A stretch of 64,000 nt of DNA, taken from positions 8,287,472 to 8,351,471 of the forward strand of contig NW_003526943.1 in assembly GCF_000181795.1 (NCBI RefSeq), written 5' to 3'. Source of the DNA: Trichinella spiralis (Eukaryota). Below the pieces are notes generated by a model. It searched no databases. It was not told where the DNA came from and worked only from the letters and a program-made list of their open reading frames with translations. Of the stretch, positions 25,010-37,144 are shown one piece after another; within the stretch, counting starts at the first letter, position 1, and each line of letters begins with the position of its first letter. The position numbers and the translations under genes were made by a program.

Positions 25010-27791
25010 GAATACCTTGCTTCGTAACATTTGAATTGTCCTCTGCGATTGTTTATTCTGCTCTGTCAACGTGTTAATCTCTTTCAAGCGTTGTTCGGCT
25101 AGCGCTTCGTATTCACTATTTTCAGCAACAGATCTTTGTACGTTTGAATCGCCACGCCTACTACCGTCATCCGTCGGCCCGTTACGAATCGCGCTCGTGC
25201 TCGGCTGTTGCTGCAACTGCTTGCCAACTGTGGATCTTTTGCTGGCAGCCTGGCGCAACTGGGCATTCACTTCGGCAATGCGCGAGTTGGTTTGCTCTTC
25301 ACGTACAAGCAATTTTTCCGTCTCATCTTCCAAATCTTTGACACGAACGCACGCTTGTTGCAAACGATTTTCGCTCAACGCTATTTCGTTTTGCAACACC
25401 TTATTCTAAATACAAACACTATATATACATATACAACAAGACCAAAAGGATACACATTCATTCAAATGTTGCATTTTCCAACTCTACTGTCAACTGTACT
25501 TAATTTTCTAACTTTATCAACGGCGAATTGAAAAATAAAAATTCAGACCCCAGTAACCTACAAATCATTAATTTCTCTCCAGCTGATTGTAAAAATGCTG
25601 TCCATTCGTACGCGTGCATGCAGATGAATATTTTTTTTAATACAAAGTTAACATCTCACTTGCATTTCATTATTCTGTAATTTCTTCCAAGATATATTTT
25701 TATTAAAAGACAAAAATTATCAGTAAACATAATTATTAAATAAAAAAAATCAAAAAAAATTTTCAAAACGTACATATATATCTCACTTAAACCAATTCTA
25801 ATGCAAAATCAAAATTATTACATTGGCTACTGAGTAAAATGCAACATTAATTTTCAAAACAGAATACATGAACTTAAAAATCAATTACGGTGCAACCTTG
25901 CTACAGTATACATATTTGCACAATACATTCGAAATGTTAGCAACGTTTGTTTCCGTTGCATCCCAATAGTTTTTTCATTACATAAAAACTTTTAATAAAA
26001 TTTAGATTTAACACATATACTTTTTCACATAAATTAGAAAGAAATAAATAACATCTCGAATCATGTACGTATATGCATATTTATTTATTCTTTTCCAACT
26101 TATATAAGAATTGTATAAAAGAAATTATATTCAAAATATACATTTTAAAAATTATAATGTTTATTTAATGAAATATTGAATTTCTCATCGCTATGTTAGA
26201 ATAGTGAACAAACGAAAACAAATTATTAACATGAAAATCGATAGATGCCTACAACACTTTATGCTAAATTAACAGTACACTGGCAATTTAAATTCGCACA
26301 GCATCAACTGAAATCACAATGCGAATTTTGCTTAATGTCACTATACCGAAATTGAGCAAAAACTATTTAAATCATGTTACACAGTTGAATAGTACATTCA
26401 ACACTTACAATATCTAATTAAATATATTTTCTCTTAAATAGTTTAAAATTTGATTAATTAATTTTAAAATTAGTTAATTTTTTCAATCAATGCAAAGTTG
26501 CAACAGTCAAAAAATGCTTACAAAAACGTTTAGCGAATAGTAGTTTTTAGTTTTTAGCGTCTAGTGAAGAAAATTGAAAAAAGAAATTTTCCTAAAACAT
26601 GTACAAGTATAAAAATAATTCAAAGCATTAGTGTAAACATACCTGTATAGACAATTCGCGATTTTTTGTTTCTAATTCTTGAAGACACTTTTGTAGGTGT
26701 AAAGGTTTTTCATGGAATGTATTGCTTTCTTTTAATAGATTTGCTTCATCAAATTCAGTTCTACTTTCAGATGAAAACGACTGAAAAGAACTGCTCGAAC
26801 ATGGTGGCGTTCGTTCATTGTGGAATGCATTTGACTTTGTTTCACTGTTAACTTGTTCGAGCTTTTTATCAATACATGAATTTATACCGACAATCTGTCG
26901 GATCATATTCGTGCAACGTTCAAAAGCTTCTCTCAGACGGTCGTCAATAATGTTCCTTTTCATATTCGGGCACAATCGAAGAATAGATTCTTCAGCTTCA
27001 ATCGAACTAACTTTAAAAAAAAGATGAACTTTATTATAATTTTGTAAACTCTGATAAATAAATATTACTCGACTGATGAGAAGGTGAAGGAAAAGTTTGC
27101 GAAACACGTTTCATCAACATTACCAATTCTTCTTGAATCTGAAATATTCTAACATTTAAACTATCATGTGCTTAGTGCACTTTTTCAATATTCTAAAGCA
27201 GTTTAAACTTTACTGAATATTTTCTCTTTATATAATTTACGTAATGAATATTTTTCATTTTGAAATTCAATAAGTTCAGGATGAGCAATTTTCTTTGAAT
27301 TTAAAGCATAATGAATCAGCTTTTAAACCACTATATTTCTCCTAATACTTTTTTTTATATTAACATTAGTACTTTTTAAAACAATATTGTAATTGAACCT
27401 CTTCTGTAATTTATGACTAACAGCTCCATAAAATAAAACCTACTTGATATAAGTATGCACTCATTAATGATAGCAAAGCATCATCTTTGATACGATGAGA
27501 TTCCAAATTATCTATTTTCTTCCTCAATTCATCTTCAATACGACGATTCTGATTCAGTCTTCCAAACAGTCTCTTATTTTGCACCTTCAGCAGGAATATT
27601 TCAACATCATTCTAAAATTTGAAAACATCGACGAATTTAAACCTAGATTTAAACTGTACGATATTTACCACTGAACTCAAACAGGGCATCGCATCTATAT
27701 GCATATATCTGCTTCTTTTCTTAGAGACAGGAGTATCACTATCATCATTTATATTTTCGGAATCAACAGATACTCCTGATCTCTTTGCCAT
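22987..27791 (-). CDS. BRE1: E3 ubiquitin ligase BRE1 (RNF20/40-like, H2B monoubiquitination), multi-exon
   Basis: Starts MAKRSG at 27791. Exon 27611-27444 encodes LKVQNKRLFGRL..IEDELRKKID..DDALL (BRE1 N-terminal motif). Long coiled-coil exons follow, then a C-terminal RING CALC..CGHLFCHICI..RQRKCPSC ending KNVYI. Not all internal exon boundaries were resolved. Confidence 0.9.
24973..25008. repeat. (AAT)12 intronic microsatellite
   Basis: Perfect AAT run inside a BRE1 intron. Confidence 0.9.
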
Positions 27792-30313
27792 TAGTAATAT
27801 AAGAAAAATTAACTATACTCCTGTGATCACATCTAAATTTATCAACAAAGAATTATCACACAGTATCCATATATTTTATGAAATTCAAGTAGTGCCTAAT
27901 TTCTTTGTTTGAATAATGTAAAAAAGCAGTATTTTGAGTTAAAAATTCCAAAAGATTTTATTTAAAATATAACATAAAATACACCTAGAATACTGAATGT
28001 ATGAAATATAGAATGCAAAATGCAAATGTACAAATGTAATGTAATACAAAATTTGCAAATAACTTTGTTAAGGTGATATGAATAAGTTTATCATATTTCC
28101 TTCATGTTCAACAGATCCAATAGAATACATAATTTTAAATTAATTAAAATTTTTACATATCTTGTTCCAAAATAATAAATAATAATAAATGAATTTTGAC
28201 TTGTGCATTTACAAAGAAAAGTAAAGGAAAATTAAATTAAATTAAATTAAAATTAAAAACAATTTTTTAATATTTGAAGAAATAATTTATGTTTCAATAA
28301 ATAATCTCATTATTAATTTTTATGAATGTACGTTTGCATCAAATAAAAGTATTACAGTTTGGAATTTCATTTACTGGCTTTTAAGTTTTAATGTTATTAA
28401 AAATTAGAATTACCTTTTACATATTTTCTTTAAATTTTAAACTTTTATAATAATTTCTCGTAATTTAATAATTTATGCAAACGAAGACAGAAATCTATAA
28501 AGTACTGTAATTTTGCCATATAACTTGAAGATCGATAAAGAAGTTATTCAGAAACTTAGTAAAAGCAGTTTATTCGAATTGTTTATTGCATTTTTTTTCA
28601 CGTTGTTGCATTTTTAAAAGAGCCGAACTGTATGAAAGATGTTGCAAATTTATTTTTGATTGAGAATTTTTCTTATGAAGTAAGTTAAATGTTTACATAA
28701 TTGCATTTTTTATTTCACCAGTTACTGTAATGAATAATGACGCGAATTTTTTAATCGAGTAGTTTTTACAGTTTTATTTTCCATTTATTTTCGCTTTTCG
28801 TAGTGAAAGACATTTATCCATGAATTTAATTAATTACAATTTATAGTGTTTAATTATTGTTTTTTAATTTATTATTATAGCCATCAACTTGTTTAAAATA
28901 AAATTTGATGTAACATTCTAATTATTTTGATGGAAAATACTTAAATATATAATTATTAATGAAAATTTTAAGTAATTGAAATATGTTGCTTATCTGTATT
29001 CATAGTTTATACTATTAGTGACAGCATTAATGGTGGTACACAGTAAATGTTACTTTTTTGAAGTTTTTCTTTTCCAGGTATGTACTTCATCATCAATACA
29101 GTCTTGATTGTTTTGTGCTAATTTATATTATAGATTTTTTGCAGAAAGTTCATACTGTATTAGTTTTAAAGACTCGATACTGTTGAAGAATAGCCAATGT
29201 TTTATTCATATTTTTAATTATTTTTTTTCATACTTCGTAAGTAACTTACAAATATTGTGAGACAGTTCCAGGAACAGATTATTTACCTTTATATAAAAAA
29301 TATTTTTAAATAGATCATGTATGATAGTTAACAACGAAATATTGTTTTTTATTTGTATTTTGCAAGCTTGTAAAATTTGTCAGTTTATGTAATCAGTGTA
29401 CTTCTTTTGCAATCACTGTTGCGTATTCGTGACATATTGAACAAGCTATGTATATTTATTATGATGCAAAAGTTTAGATATGTAAACGTAAACATTCATG
29501 TTCATTTGTTCAGCTTTTAGTTTTGATATTTTATTTGACATACTTAGCAGTATGTAAAATCTTAATTTGGTTGTCGTAATTATTCCTGATTTTTAGTCAT
29601 AATTTTTCACTGGTAACGTTTTGCTAGTACTTATATCAAATGTCATATAGTTTAATTGGGAAGATTGTTTTTCTTAAATTGGATTCATAATATTCTGTTA
29701 ATAAATAATGAGAATGTAAGTCTTTCTTTACCATGATAAATGTGTGTTGTATATTCGCAAAACTTTGGTACTTAACGGAATACTTTGCAATTTAAAGTAT
29801 GTATTCATGTAAGTACTCAAACATGTAATATTTTGAGTCATTGCCTTATAAATTTATTAAAGTGAATTTAAAGTGTTTTCTTATGGTTATGTATATTTCA
29901 ACTGTGAGTCAAATGAAAAGATTTTTGTATTTTATTTTATTTTATAAGAGCAAATATTTTTGATATTTTGAAGATTAGAATATGTGATAAATAATTTCTA
30001 GCTATGCAATGTAAAAATGATGAACAACATATATCACTAGCTAAATGAAAAAATTTAATAATATAGTGCAACAAACAAGATAATTAATGAACAAAAGATT
30101 TTGAAATAAAAGTAGAATAAAATAAATTATTCATGGAGTTTGAAAGTTTATAATTTTTACTGTTGAAGTTATTGCTGAAAAAATTGCTTTTTAAAATTGT
30201 ACTTTGAGAGAGCAGAATATAAATTAGGAAATAAATGCAATATAAATATAAATCGATCAGTCAGTCAGTGCGAATCCTGTTTCTAATAAATGTTCATTTT
30301 GTTTTTGCTATTT

Positions 30314-31058
30314 TTAATAATTTGTCACTTAGGGTATGTTCGACACTCATTTTTTAAAATTCATTCTTCGATGAGTGAACAGAATTATTTATTAGTACTG
30401 TCTAAGTTGTGATGACAGCTCTCTTTGAGTCAGCCAGTTAGCACCACATTATGTAATCCATGAGTTAGTATGCGATAGATAAGCAGTGAGAGATGTGAAT
30501 GAATCATCAGAAAGTAGAAAGCATTTTCTCCCTCAGTCACTGTTGCAGTTGCAAATATTTAATGTTAACAATGTTCACGAATGTTCTTTGATGATGATGA
30601 TGGAAAATGGCCTAATTTGGTAACGCATATTGGCTTCCAGCTGGCAAATTTGATTTAAGACATTGCTATAATTACTCTGATTTTTTGGAACTGAAAATGG
30701 TTCTGAAATTAGTAGGCATTTTTAGTCATGTGACACGTGGTACGGAGCAGCAGTCTAAAAAATTTAGGCAAAGAGTGATGACAGTTGAAATCCAAAATCC
30801 GCGGTTTATTTCCTAGAGATGAGGATGGTTTAGCTGTTGTTTTATGGGTTAAAATAGAGCTATGATGCTTTCTTCAGCCAACATTAATCCACTTGGAAAG
30901 AAAAAATATGGAATTCATAAAAATGCGATGTTGAATTCAATGCGCCGGTAACATTTGAGGGTTATACAACGTGCACATGGAGAAGTAGAACGGAATGATA
31001 TGATTATTAGTTTGTACAGAACGGTCTAAAATACCCGAAATGACATTCAGAGGGTTAA
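30314..31058 (+). mobile_element. Decayed, internally deleted piggyBac-like element
   Basis: The right end is ...acggtctaaaatacccgaaatgacattcagAGGG-TTAA. Its reverse complement matches tgtcacttagggtatgttcgac at 30323-30344 (18/22), with TTAA at 30314. Frameshifted transposase relics are DGLAVVLW-NRAMMLSS (~30820-30880) and YNVHM/GEVERNDMIISLYR (30965-31020), compared with the piggyBac motif YNxxMGGVDxxDxxxxxYR. Confidence 0.75.
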
Positions 31059-32489
31059 TATATTACTATATATTGAATGTATTTTGAAATATCTCTTTTG
31101 ATACTGCCACTACCAAAAAGATACTTTTTACAAATTATCTGTCAATCTTTTAGCTACATTGAAAATTTTGAAAATTTACCTATTATAACACATGTTAAAT
31201 TTTTCAGCTTGTATTGAAAATTTGTTGTGGGCTTGTTTAATAGGATGTTTACTGTGAAAAGAAAGCAAAACAAAAGATGTATTTAGGTTTTCTCAGAATA
31301 AAATGCTGTTTTTCTTTTAATAATATTTTACTGTGCACACAGCAGGGAATATATATTTATTTATATATCTGCTTGCATTCTGATTATTGTTAAACGTAAG
31401 TGAAATTTAATATCTGTCACATAAATGAAATTTGTGAACACTATATTACCTTTGAGCACTGTCTCGGCGAGTGCAAAAATGCTTTTAATATTCATGAAAT
31501 TGATGCTAAATTGTCGATTGTTGTTGTGAATGAATGCAAATTCAACGACTTTGATGCAGAAATTTAAAAATTTTTGAAAACATTTGTATCATTACGTAAG
31601 TTTGTTTATTTTTTTAGCAGTAACTTCTATTTTACCTGTTTTGATTGAACTATTTATAGCAGTTTACGTTGTATTTTGTTTAAGTTTAAGTTACATTGTA
31701 TTCTGCTTTGCTTTCGTTTTGGTGATTGTCCTAAAATAGGATGGATTGTCATCGAGAAGAAGCCACAATTGCAGTTATTTATGTTTTATTTTTCGTCAAC
31801 AGAAGAGGCTTTTAATTTTCCTTGTTTTTTTGCATTCCAGCAGTTTAAACTGTTTATTTTATTTTGTATGTATTTGAATATTCTTGTAATTTTATAATTG
31901 TGCTGCTGTCTGATTGTTTCAATTGTATATTCACTTTTCTGTTTTTTGAATGCTGAATTTGAATAAAAATGAGAAGTGGTTCAAAGATTCTCTGCCTTTG
32001 GATGATAGTTGTAAAATGATTGTAAATCGTGTTAATAATGATTTTCGAAATCAACTTTTTGCTAATGGAAGATAATTACTTAATTGAAATTAAAGCGTAC
32101 CAACTGTAAATTTGATATTTGTGAAAATCACCAGTGGAATATGATATAAAATTTAAATTAAATATTCTATACGATTATCAGAATATTTGGTGGATCATGT
32201 GTACTGCTGATTGAATTGAAGCAATGGTTATGCTTTTAGACTATCGTTATTAAAGCAGTTGCCTCATTGAAAAAGAGCGCGATGCAGCAAAAGTAAACAT
32301 TTCTGATTATTACTTTTACAGTGAAGTTAGCGGCGGTCAAATTACAAAAATCTGGACCTTTGATGAAAGCATAATAATAATAATAAGAGTGCTTTGTTTC
32401 TCTTTGCTTTGTATAAAACTTGCACACCTTATAAATGAGTCAGTTTGTAGCAGAAAATTTTTTTCAGAAAAGTTAACAGTGGATATAAA

Positions 32490-33512
32490 ATGTCCACTTT
32501 TCCGGAGATGAAATTTCGTGATAAGCTGGCAGAGCTACGTCAGTCACAGCAGAGTGTGCAGACTTTATCATTGTGGGTTATTCACCATCGAAAGAATGAC
32601 AGAGAAATTGCTCGCCTTTGGCTGGAGACAGTGCTGAAAGAACGTCGACCAGAAAAGTTGCTAAGTTTGTTCTACTTAGTCAACGACGTGGTGCAGAACA
32701 GTCGACGTAAGCATGCTGCTTTTTTGGAACATTTTCGTAATGTGCTGGATGCAGCATTTGCGCATGCGGTTCCACTTTTCGATTCAGAAGATTTGAAACG
32801 ACTCGCGCATATATTGGATATTTGGCAAGAGAGAAATGTATATCAGTTGGATGTTATTCAATCATGGCGTGGTGGTCTGTCTGCACCGCGAGAGGAAGCG
32901 CTTGCGGCTTCTGTTCCTAAAATATCAGAGGGAGGAGAACCGCTGACGCCGTTAATGTCACCACAACCATTGTCGACGCACTTTGATGAGAAAACCGTTT
33001 CAAACTGCAATCAATTCGCCAATGATGACAGAAATGACGAAACACGTTTGCACGTCATTGCACTGGTAACAGATGTAATAGATTTTTTGACAAAGTTGAA
33101 AAATTCACCTTCGTCTGATGCATTTACACGGCAAAGCATCGCCGCTTTGCCGGCAGATCTTTGCAATCTGCAAAAAATACGCAGCATTACCGATTCGCAA
33201 GAGTTGGATAAGCATCTCACCATTGCAGAACAAGCGCAGCATATGGTGAACGAGTACGTGAAACGTTTGTCTGAAGAAATGGAGATGCGTTCTAAAATGA
33301 TGAATACTTTGGAAACTCTAACCGAGATTCTACGAAAAAGAGCCGATGAAGGTGCCGAAAAATATGCACGGCTGATGAATTTGGCCGTGGAAATAGATTC
33401 CAAATGTAACGCCCTGCAGCAGCATTATCAATCTTTGCCCGTGATCTCTACAGAGAATATCGTATTAGAAGAGCGGCAAATGCCCACCGTGAATGATTTG
33501 ATCGAAAAATAA
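32490..33512 (+). CDS. Pol II CTD-interacting (CID/RPR) protein, RPRD1A/B-like, single coding exon, 340 aa
   Basis: KLAELRQSQQSVQTLSLWVIHHRK, LFYLVNDVVQNSRRK and ILDIWQERNVY are CID-domain motifs. A C-terminal CREPT-like coiled coil is present. A TTTTCAG acceptor lies ~22 nt upstream of the ATG. Confidence 0.92.
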   Translation: MSTFPEMKFRDKLAELRQSQQSVQTLSLWVIHHRKNDREIARLWLETVLKERRPEKLLSLFYLVNDVVQNSRRKHAAFLEHFRNVLDAAFAHAVPLFDSEDLKRLAHILDIWQERNVYQLDVIQSWRGGLSAPREEALAASVPKISEGGEPLTPLMSPQPLSTHFDEKTVSNCNQFANDDRNDETRLHVIALVTDVIDFLTKLKNSPSSDAFTRQSIAALPADLCNLQKIRSITDSQELDKHLTIAEQAQHMVNEYVKRLSEEMEMRSKMMNTLETLTEILRKRADEGAEKYARLMNLAVEIDSKCNALQQHYQSLPVISTENIVLEERQMPTVNDLIEK

Positions 33513-33904
33513 TCACAGAAACTGGAAAATACTTTTAATAATGCACGTGTTTTTTTCAGTTATTCAGAAAACCAATAGTATATTTGCAAGAAATATAATA
33601 CACGAAACAATTGTCGTTTTACAATATAACTTTTATTCAATTATGTATTTATATGCAGTGCAGTTCAATAACTGCTGAATTTCTTTAACTTCTCCTAAGT
33701 ATTACTACAAAGCAATATCGCACAAATAAAATGCGAATGATGAAGCAGTTTGTACATTCTTGAACAAACAGTTCTGATCTGATAAACCGATTATTTCTTA
33801 TGAACATTTAACATTTCCTTAATAACAATTTCTGGTGAAAAATGCATTATACAAAAAACAAAAAGACATGATCCACATTAACTGGAACCAAAGCAATGAA
33901 ATAA

Positions 33905-34666
33905 CGTTCGGGACGGAACAGCACCGACCTCGTCGGTGACACATCCATGAGCCGGTGCTCATGAGATCGGGCTTGGGCAAGAACAATGCGCACGCAACGC
34001 CGGATAGATTGCTATCGCCGCGTCCGGGGACCCGGGTTCGGGGCCAGGAGAGACCCCTGCGGAGCCCAGAATCAGCCATTGTTCGCGGGACAGTGGCTGT
34101 TTGCGCAATCATACGCCGGTGGCAGGTTAATCGACGACCCTGTAGGAGCAGCCGTAGTAACGGAACCGCCAATTGGCCACTGGCGCCGCGAACCAATCGA
34201 AGATGAAGAGATCTGAAGCCGGGCGGCTTACTGGAAGCAGACTGTGATTTAGGTCGGCGCCTCAGATATCCAGCGCCCAACAGTGGACTGTAGAACTGTG
34301 TAGACACGAGCGTGACTCTCGGTCGTAAGGTGATCTTCGCGTCCTTGACTTGTCTCTCTTCGATCCTCTCCGGTTGACGTCTTCGCGATTCGTGGACTGT
34401 ACTTCACGATGCGCTACCACGATACGCACGAGTTACTTCAATTGGGTGCAGTTCCTCTTCGGTCCGTTCTGCGTCCTTGGGCTCGTTTTCTGCGGATAGG
34501 CAACTTCTCACGAAGCGCTGACGGTACACGCTGATTTGCAACATACCCACAGCATTCCCATCGATTCTTGAATGCAGAGGGTCAGCGGTGGTGTAATCCA
34601 TCGTCACCGCTAATGCTGACTGTCCTGGGGGGCTCTCCCCCCCCCTTGCGGCAATTGTGTAGTCCC
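33905..34666. other. GC-rich, hairpin-rich island of unknown origin (probable transposon-derived terminal or UTR sequence)
   Basis: Sharp compositional boundaries against AT-rich flanks, no recognisable protein in any frame, and several inverted repeats. Confidence 0.4.
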
Positions 34667-36301
34667 AACTAATTTTTATATTGAAAAAATGAATTGCCTG
34701 TAACATTACAATAATAATAATAATGTGCTACATTATGTCATTGTTCGTATCTTTGTTCACAGCCAGTATTTATTACTATGATTTGTGCGCTTGAGCGTGT
34801 GGCATCTCCCTCTGTGTATTAGCTTATATTGGTTATTTGGGATACAAACTAAAATTCATCATTATTTATTTCCATCATTCGAAAAGACATCTCAAATCTA
34901 CGATGCAGAAAATAGCACAAACTAGTGATGAACACTGATGAGTGAAATAAAAGAAAATAGAATTAACGGTCTTGTTCTTTACAAATTAAATATCTTTACT
35001 ATAAAATTGCATCATTCAACAAAAAATATAGAAGCAACAAATGAAGAGAAAATGGAAGAAATAACTGAACAAAGAGATATTAAAAAAACATGATTATCTG
35101 AGTCATTCATTGTTTTCATAATTCGACACGTAATGATTTCTTTTACGATGGAAGCGATGCTGGCCTTGCTCACAAAGTTTTGAAAAACAAATTTTCAGAA
35201 AAAAAAGCCAGCAAAATCAAAAAAGTATTTCGATGTTAACAAATCAACAGCTGCTTATCCTAATTTTGGCTGAAAACCGCAGCTGTGGACAATTTATCAC
35301 TTGCTGCTTTTCCCTTTGTATTCATATAACCTTCAGCAAACCGTTAGAACACTTTCAGCATCAAGCAATGAAGCAGTTTGTGTGTGATTAATTTCCTTCT
35401 GTCAGAATCACCAAAAGGCATTGCCAGCACAAACGAGAGGATCTTCAATGATAGATAAAATGACAAATGTTGCAAAAGAATATAAAAATATTTTTGTTCA
35501 CTTCTCAAACTAGCCAATTACTGATCGATCATGAGCAACCTTTCAGCGAACAGATGATCACAAGAAGTTTCGTTAGTAACAGACATTTCAGTCATGGGTG
35601 TGTAAGATTTTCTATCAGAGGAAGAGCTAAGCCACGAGTTGGATATAGAGACACTATCAAATAATGAAGACCATACACTCCGATTTTTGTGAGAGTAGTT
35701 TGGATGAATCAGGCGGAGAAACTTTCCACAATAGTGATCATTACGGGAAGAATTTGCAAATGGTAAAATCCAGAATTGAGCGACACATTTCTCATGGCAT
35801 TACTGTGCAGAGGACACAGGTAGAAGCTTAACACCTGTATTTCTCTAGACGACGAAGAGTAAAAACAATGAAGATACCGCAAACAGAAGGATACTTCAAG
35901 ATCGGGAAAGAACTACGGTAGTACGGTTGTTGAAATCGAACAAAATGATATTCGTTGTTGGTTCTTGGTATTTACGGAAGCGGACCTTGCTCGAATCTCA
36001 TAATAAATATCGTATTCCTGATATGCATTTTGGATGCGAGAATGCTACCGGCAAAGCGCGTATTGGAGAAAGCGGCTGCAGGACAGCGGCAGAGAGTCAG
36101 AAAATATGACACCGCCGCGTCGTCGCCAAGCGATAACCATGATTGCAGACGAAAAAGCCCGACTAAGACAGTAGATCATCACAACTGGTATACAAAGAAA
36201 CATCCAGAATGCCATTAAAGTGCTATTGGGAAAACAATCTATTCGATCTGCTTCAGAGGCAAAACCGGAAAGAAGGCAAAAAAAAGAAAGGCCGAAACGA
36301 T

Positions 36302-37144
36302 TAATTTTACATTTAGTCCAAATTTACTGGAAGTGCTTTTCAATTGTTTGAATACGAAAATTATTGTATGATAATCAAGCTGTATGAAAAATGTAGTGGA
36401 GGAGAAAGTTTATATTCATCGAAACATTTCAGTTGATGCTCAGAATTTTTGGATAAATCAACTTTCTGATCAATGAGAAGCACGTTTCAGCCAATGTTCA
36501 ATTTCATAGACGATTGTTATTGTGATTTATTAAATATTATTCATTGGAAAATAAATTCATTGGCATAGCAGTTGATGGAAAAATGTCTACGACACTGCGT
36601 GTTCCCAGACCGTCTCCGATTCTGGTACTGACGTCAGCCCAACGTTGCTTAACTTCGCAGATCGGGCGGGATGCGGTGCTTTCAACGTGGTATGATCGTA
36701 GACATTTGCTAAATGAATCAACAATCCTTTTAAGACCACAGTGGCCGTAAATACCATTTCCAATATCATCGGTGCAGTTTTGGCACATTTTTTACAATTG
36801 GCCTGGTAGAACTTTTTATGTTATCAATTTCTATTTGGTCACTTCATTGCCAAAACAACTCCAGCCAAATAAATCCCAACAAAGCGATTACTTTGAACGT
36901 CGAACACGAGCCGAGCACCATTTCACATTCAACAGCATGAAATATCAATTTATTACACTGAACAAGTGATAAATTATCCATCGTATATGCATAAATCCAG
37001 TACTGTTGCCAATTTCAATTGTACAATGTTGGCGCTTCAAACGGAACAAACAAACAAACAGCTAAAATTATGAACTACTAATTTTACATTTTGTCCAAAT
37101 TTACTGGAAGTGCTTTTCAATTGTTTGAATACGAAAATTATTGT
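36302..37144 (-). repeat. 5S rDNA tandem repeat, locus 2 (777 bp period, runs into gap)
   Basis: attttacattt(a/t)gtccaaatttactggaag occurs at 36304 and 37081. The unit is nearly identical to locus 1. Confidence 0.9.
36584..36703 (-). rRNA. 5S ribosomal RNA
   Basis: Identical to 3064-3183, with a TTTTT terminator at 36583-36579. Confidence 0.97.

Noticed and set aside
27072..27106. CTGATGA...GAAA hammerhead-like core in a BRE1 intron (also ~34935)
   Set aside because: No paired stem II or flanking stems.
34530..34620. Possible HDV-like ribozyme (cagca...ctaa-tgctg with P4-like hairpin)
   Set aside because: The P3/L3 geometry and P1 length do not fit the HDV fold by eye; a descriptor search would be needed.
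34657..34670. TGTAGTCCCA SRP/Alu-like motif, and an RNase MRP-like GTCCCCGGAC at ~34022-34031
   Set aside because: Isolated short matches without the remaining conserved elements.
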